A DNA stretch of 64,000 bases, taken from assembly GCA_041640595.1 (NCBI GenBank), contig JBEPZY010000001.1, positions 96,001-160,000 of the forward strand. Reading direction: 5' to 3'. Source of the DNA: Gemmatales bacterium. GTDB lineage: Bacteria > Planctomycetota > Planctomycetia > Gemmatales > HRBIN36. The stretch's first letter is position 1, and every line of letters begins with the position of its first letter. A program made the translations under genes and the position numbers. The notes beneath the pieces were generated by a model that was given only the letters and a program-made list of their open reading frames with translations, was not told where the DNA came from and searched no databases. Of this stretch, positions 60,276 through 64,000 are shown in pieces.

Positions 60276-61730
60276 ATGGATCCGATTCGTGAATATGCCT
60301 TGACCATGACCCGGCGACACTTCTTCGCCAGCAGCGGAGTGAGCCTGGGTGCGCTGGTGCTGGCTTCGCTCATGCCGGAAAAAGTTCTGGCGCAGGACGC
60401 TGCTCAAACGGGCGGTTTAGCCGGACTGCCCCATTTCAAGCCGCGAGCGAAACGTGCGATTTTCCTGTTTATGAACGGTGGCCCGGCCCAGATGGATCTG
60501 TGGGACTATAAGCCCAAAATGCGCGAATGGTTCGACAAGGATTTGCCCCCGTCGGTTCGCGGCAATCAGCGTCTGACGACGATGACCAGTGGCCAGGCGC
60601 GGTTCCCGATTGCACCGTCGAAGTTCAACTTCGAACGGCATGGCAAGTCGGGTATCTGGGTCAGCGAGCTGTTGCCGTACACCGCCAAGGTGGTGGACGA
60701 GTTGTGCATCATCAAGTCCATGTACACCGAAGCGATCAACCACGACCCGGCGGTAACCTACATTTGCACAGGCAGCCAGATTCCTGGCCGTCCCAGTCTG
60801 GGTTCCTGGCTCAGTTACGGCTTAGGCACGCTGAACCAAAACTTACCGACGTTTGTCGTGATGACCCCGAGCAGCACCTATTACGATGCCCAGGCGCTGT
60901 ACCAGCGACTCTGGGGTTCAGGATGCTTGCCGAGCAAACATGCCGGGGTGGCCTTACGCTCGACTGGAGACCCGATCCTGTATCTCTCCAATCCCGCAGG
61001 CGTGGACAGCGCTGCCCGCAGGCAAATGCTGGATGCGGTTGCACGGTTGAATCAGAAAAAGCAACAGGAACTGGGCGACCCGGAGATACTCGACCGGATT
61101 GCTCAGTATGAAATGGCGTTCCGTATGCAAGCCAGCGTGCCGGAACTGATGGACATCTCCAAGGAACCGGAGCACGTGTTGCAAATGTATGGTCCTCAGG
61201 TACGTAAGCCTGGAACCGTGGCGGCGAGTTGTTTGTTGGCTCGACGTCTGGTGGAGCGAGGCGTGCGCTTTGTCCAGATTTTCCATCGTGGCTGGGATCA
61301 CCACAACAACTTGCCGAACAACATCAAGACCGCTTGCATGGATTCCGATCAGCCGATCGCAGCCCTCATCACTGATTTGAAGCAGCGAGGACTGCTGGAG
61401 GATACGCTGGTCATTTGGGGCGGCGAATTTGGCAGAACTATTTATTGCCAGGGCAAGCTAACTCCCGACAATTACGGCCGCGATCATCATCCCCGTTGCT
61501 TCACTTACTGGTTGGCCGGTGCTGGTGTCAAACGCGGTTTTGTTTACGGCGAAACCGACGATTTCAGCTACAACATCGTCCGCGACCCGGTGCACATCCA
61601 CAATCTCAACGCCACCATTCTCTATTTGTTCGGCATAGACCACCTGCGTCTGACGGTGAAATTCCAGGGTCTGGATCTGCGGCTCACGGGCACGGAAGGG
61701 CACGGCCCAGTGCTCGACCTGCTGAGCTAA
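60276..61730 (+). CDS. DUF1501-family Tat-exported protein
   Basis: TRRHFF Tat motif, [50 protein letters not shown]. Confidence 0.93.
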   Translation: MDPIREYALTMTRRHFFASSGVSLGALVLASLMPEKVLAQDAAQTGGLAGLPHFKPRAKRAIFLFMNGGPAQMDLWDYKPKMREWFDKDLPPSVRGNQRLTTMTSGQARFPIAPSKFNFERHGKSGIWVSELLPYTAKVVDELCIIKSMYTEAINHDPAVTYICTGSQIPGRPSLGSWLSYGLGTLNQNLPTFVVMTPSSTYYDAQALYQRLWGSGCLPSKHAGVALRSTGDPILYLSNPAGVDSAARRQMLDAVARLNQKKQQELGDPEILDRIAQYEMAFRMQASVPELMDISKEPEHVLQMYGPQVRKPGTVAASCLLARRLVERGVRFVQIFHRGWDHHNNLPNNIKTACMDSDQPIAALITDLKQRGLLEDTLVIWGGEFGRTIYCQGKLTPDNYGRDHHPRCFTYWLAGAGVKRGFVYGETDDFSYNIVRDPVHIHNLNATILYLFGIDHLRLTVKFQGLDLRLTGTEGHGPVLDLLS

Positions 61731-61990
61731 AGCGAGCTTGGTGGCTCGGCTTCCGATTGTGCGCGATTCTGGGGCGATCGGCACGGGCGCCCTGCCGGCT
61801 CACGGTGTTGAGTGGTTTTCATGGCCAGCAACAAATTCGTGCCGTGTCTCAGAATTCGCCTGGAGCGGACAGTTTATTGACGAGTGGGTGCCAAAGTTTT
61901 ACCGATGGCGTGCATGAGGTCTTCTTTTTGCCCAGCCGATGCTGGTGGATCTTTCCTGGCCTGGGTTATCATGGTAAGGGTGGCCAAAAA

Positions 61991-62019
61991 TTGACAAAAT
62001 GCAGCAACGGACTTAGATT
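61991..62019 (+). promoter_or_regulatory. Sigma70-type promoter
   Basis: TTGACA-N17-TAGATT, 86 nt upstream of ATG 62106. Confidence 0.65.
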
Positions 62020-62105
62020 TACTTCCGGGGATGGAAAATTCCCGTCGCAGACCAAATTGTTAGGCTCGGGGCCAATAGCGTGGCTTGAAGCTGAGGAGAC
62101 CGAAC

Positions 62106-63752
62106 ATGGCACGTCGCGCAGCACGGGCAGATTCGCCAAGGCAGGGTACCCATCCGGTCTTGATCGTGTTTCTGGTTTTTTCGATTTTGCTGGCCCTGGT
62201 TTTGGGAGTCCTCTACTACCTGGAGCGAGATAAAACCAAGCAGGCACGGGATGCCGAGCAGCGTTTGCGCGGCGAGTTAGATGCAAACAATAAGCGTCTG
62301 GATATGCTTCAGAACTGGCTGTTAGTCACGGCCCTGTCCTGGGCTACCACCGATAATGAGGCGATCAAAGAGGGCGATTTTGCCGAAGCATGTCGTCGTT
62401 TGGTGGAGTATTTGAACACACCTCCGGACAACCGTCCCAAAGATATCCCCGAGCCTTTTATCAAGGCTCTGGACATGCTCGTAGGGACGCAGGAAAAACC
62501 AGGAGTGCTCTACCCTTACGGAATTTTGCAAGGGAATCGGTTAGAGCCATTCAAACAGAAGGCCGGTGCTCCTTCTCTTGTCAAGAAATTGGAAGAAGCT
62601 CAGGCCAAAGCCGCCGATGCCGAAAAGCGGCGGAGTGATTTGGAGGCAGAACTCAAACGCGTTCAGGCATCATACGATCAATACAAGGCATCTTGGAACG
62701 AGAACCGGCTCAAGGAGGAGCTGGCCAAACGCGACGAGGAACACAAGAAAGAGTTAGTCCAAAAGGAGCAGGAATGGGAGGCCCGGCTGAAATCGTTGCA
62801 GGCCAAGTTGCAGTCGGTTCACCAGGACCTGGAGAAGAAGATCAAGGAGTTACAGGCGAGTGCCGACGAGAAGGAAAAGAAGCTGCTGGAGGAGATGAAC
62901 AAGCGTATAGCTGACATGGAAGCGGAGGTTCAGAGAATCCGCCAGGCAGCCCGACCCAGACTGGATTTGTCCAGAGCTATTCAGCCGAGTGGTCGTGTTC
63001 TGGCTGTCAACGCGGATTGCGATACGGTGATACTCGACCGCGGGCAGAAACACCGCTTACCGGAAGGAATTTCGTTCAGCGTTTACCCACGTGGTCCTGA
63101 CGGGCGATTGGTTCCGAAAATTAAGGCCATGGTGCAGGTCGTGAAAGTCAACCATGACACAGCAGTCGCGCGGGTTACCCGCATGGTCAAGCCCGAAGAA
63201 AACCGCGATCCGAGCTGGGATGAATTCGATGAGCGGTACTGGATTACCGATCCGTCGCGTTTCGTGCTACTGCGAGATCCCATTCGTCCGGGCGACTTCG
63301 TTTACAACAGTGCCTGGAAACCGAATGAACCGGTACACATTGCCCTGGCCGGCATCATTGACATTGATGGTGACGGTCGGGATGACGCAGAAATTTTCAA
63401 ACGCCTCTTGCGGGAGCGAGGCGTCATTATTGACCTGCATTTGCGCTATACCGGAACGGAATACGTGCAGGAAGGCCGACTGACAGATCGCACGGACATG
63501 CTGGTCGTTGGTATCAACCCTGGGGTTCGTATCGTTCGCAAACCCGAAGGGGAAGAAGGTAAGCCTGTCGTCGAAAAAGATGCTTTTGAGCAACTGGAAG
63601 CCGAAGCTCGTCGGCGGGGCATGGATGTTATCGGAGTGCGACAATTCCTGCTGCAGATGGGCTTTTTGGATCTGCGTGCTCTCGTGCAGGCCGGTCTGCG
63701 AGAGGCAGCGGTTCCAGCAAAGAAACCCGAGGGGAAGCCGGAGGGCCAGTGA
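62106..63752 (+). CDS. Single-TM coiled-coil protein with C-terminal beta domain and BRCT-like domain
   Basis: N-terminal TM, long E/K-rich heptads, G.V..V......V....G...L..G..FSV, DIDGDGRDD, G.LT..TD.LVVG; SD GAGGAG. Confidence 0.75.
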   Translation: MARRAARADSPRQGTHPVLIVFLVFSILLALVLGVLYYLERDKTKQARDAEQRLRGELDANNKRLDMLQNWLLVTALSWATTDNEAIKEGDFAEACRRLVEYLNTPPDNRPKDIPEPFIKALDMLVGTQEKPGVLYPYGILQGNRLEPFKQKAGAPSLVKKLEEAQAKAADAEKRRSDLEAELKRVQASYDQYKASWNENRLKEELAKRDEEHKKELVQKEQEWEARLKSLQAKLQSVHQDLEKKIKELQASADEKEKKLLEEMNKRIADMEAEVQRIRQAARPRLDLSRAIQPSGRVLAVNADCDTVILDRGQKHRLPEGISFSVYPRGPDGRLVPKIKAMVQVVKVNHDTAVARVTRMVKPEENRDPSWDEFDERYWITDPSRFVLLRDPIRPGDFVYNSAWKPNEPVHIALAGIIDIDGDGRDDAEIFKRLLRERGVIIDLHLRYTGTEYVQEGRLTDRTDMLVVGINPGVRIVRKPEGEEGKPVVEKDAFEQLEAEARRRGMDVIGVRQFLLQMGFLDLRALVQAGLREAAVPAKKPEGKPEGQ

Positions 63753-63792
63753 AAAAGCTTCCGACCACGCTCTCTCAAGCCGACGGCTAATA

Positions 63793-63838
63793 GGAAGTTC
63801 CCATTCTAAGCCGGCGGAAGTGTCCGTTCTAAGCCAGC
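63793..63838 (+). repeat. Tandem 23-nt imperfect direct repeat
   Basis: GGAAGTTCCCATTCTAAGCCGGC / GGAAGTGTCCGTTCTAAGCCAGC, 19 of 23 identical. Confidence 0.6.
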
Positions 63839-63863
63839 GAATGGTCGCGTAGAATACGTTGCC

Positions 63864-64000
63864 ATGCCGCTGAGGGTTCGCAATTTGCGACTTGGAATTG
63901 ACGAAAGCGAACATGCCTTGCCGGAACACATCGCCCGCGTTCTCGGCGTGAGGCATGGGGACATTCTGCACTGGCGGATTCTCCGCAAGAGTCTGGATGC
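63864..64000 (+). CDS. 5' fragment of a probable FAD-dependent oxidoreductase (COG2509-like), runs off the window
   Basis: Hand translation MPLRVRNLRLGIDESEHALPEHIARVLGVRHGDILHWRILRKSLDA; the I.RKSLDA(R) N-terminal motif is typical of this family. Confidence 0.6.
   Translation, partial: MPLRVRNLRLGIDESEHALPEHIARVLGVRHGDILHWRILRKSLD

Overview
Mostly housekeeping and secretome DNA from a Planctomycetota genome. The assignment is inferred from the DUF1549/DUF1553-DUF1501 pair, a sulfatase, and vWA and coiled-coil proteins of planctomycete type; it may be Gemmatales-like. About 45 CDS are supportable, including mnmG, aroB, accBC, ligA, ndk, a short rho, thyX, rpsB-tsf, csrA and lysS with a LolC/E-type permease. 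There is one RNA gene, a selenocysteine tRNA (selC, anticodon UCA, 24253-24350, minus strand), with no selA/selB/selD and no selenoprotein visible in the window. No CRISPR, transposase, integrase or phage gene was seen. Most notable observations: (1) a putative sigma54-driven operon with a secreted Kelch/FN3 protein, a NagA-like amidohydrolase with an altered metal site, and a His-rich FG-GAP propeller resembling aldos-2-ulose dehydratase; (2) two secreted probable pseudo-enzymes (S41 protease-like, esterase-like) with catalytic Ser replaced by Gly; (3) a stand-alone E2-type acyltransferase with two tandem extended SDRs; (4) csrA behind a sigma54 site and a perfect 16-bp palindrome; (5) long nested inverted repeats in many intergenic spacers, with almost no U-tract terminators; (6) a copy of the tRNA-Sec 5' acceptor strand about 155 nt upstream of the tRNA. 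All calls were made by eye from motifs; no searches or folding programs were run.
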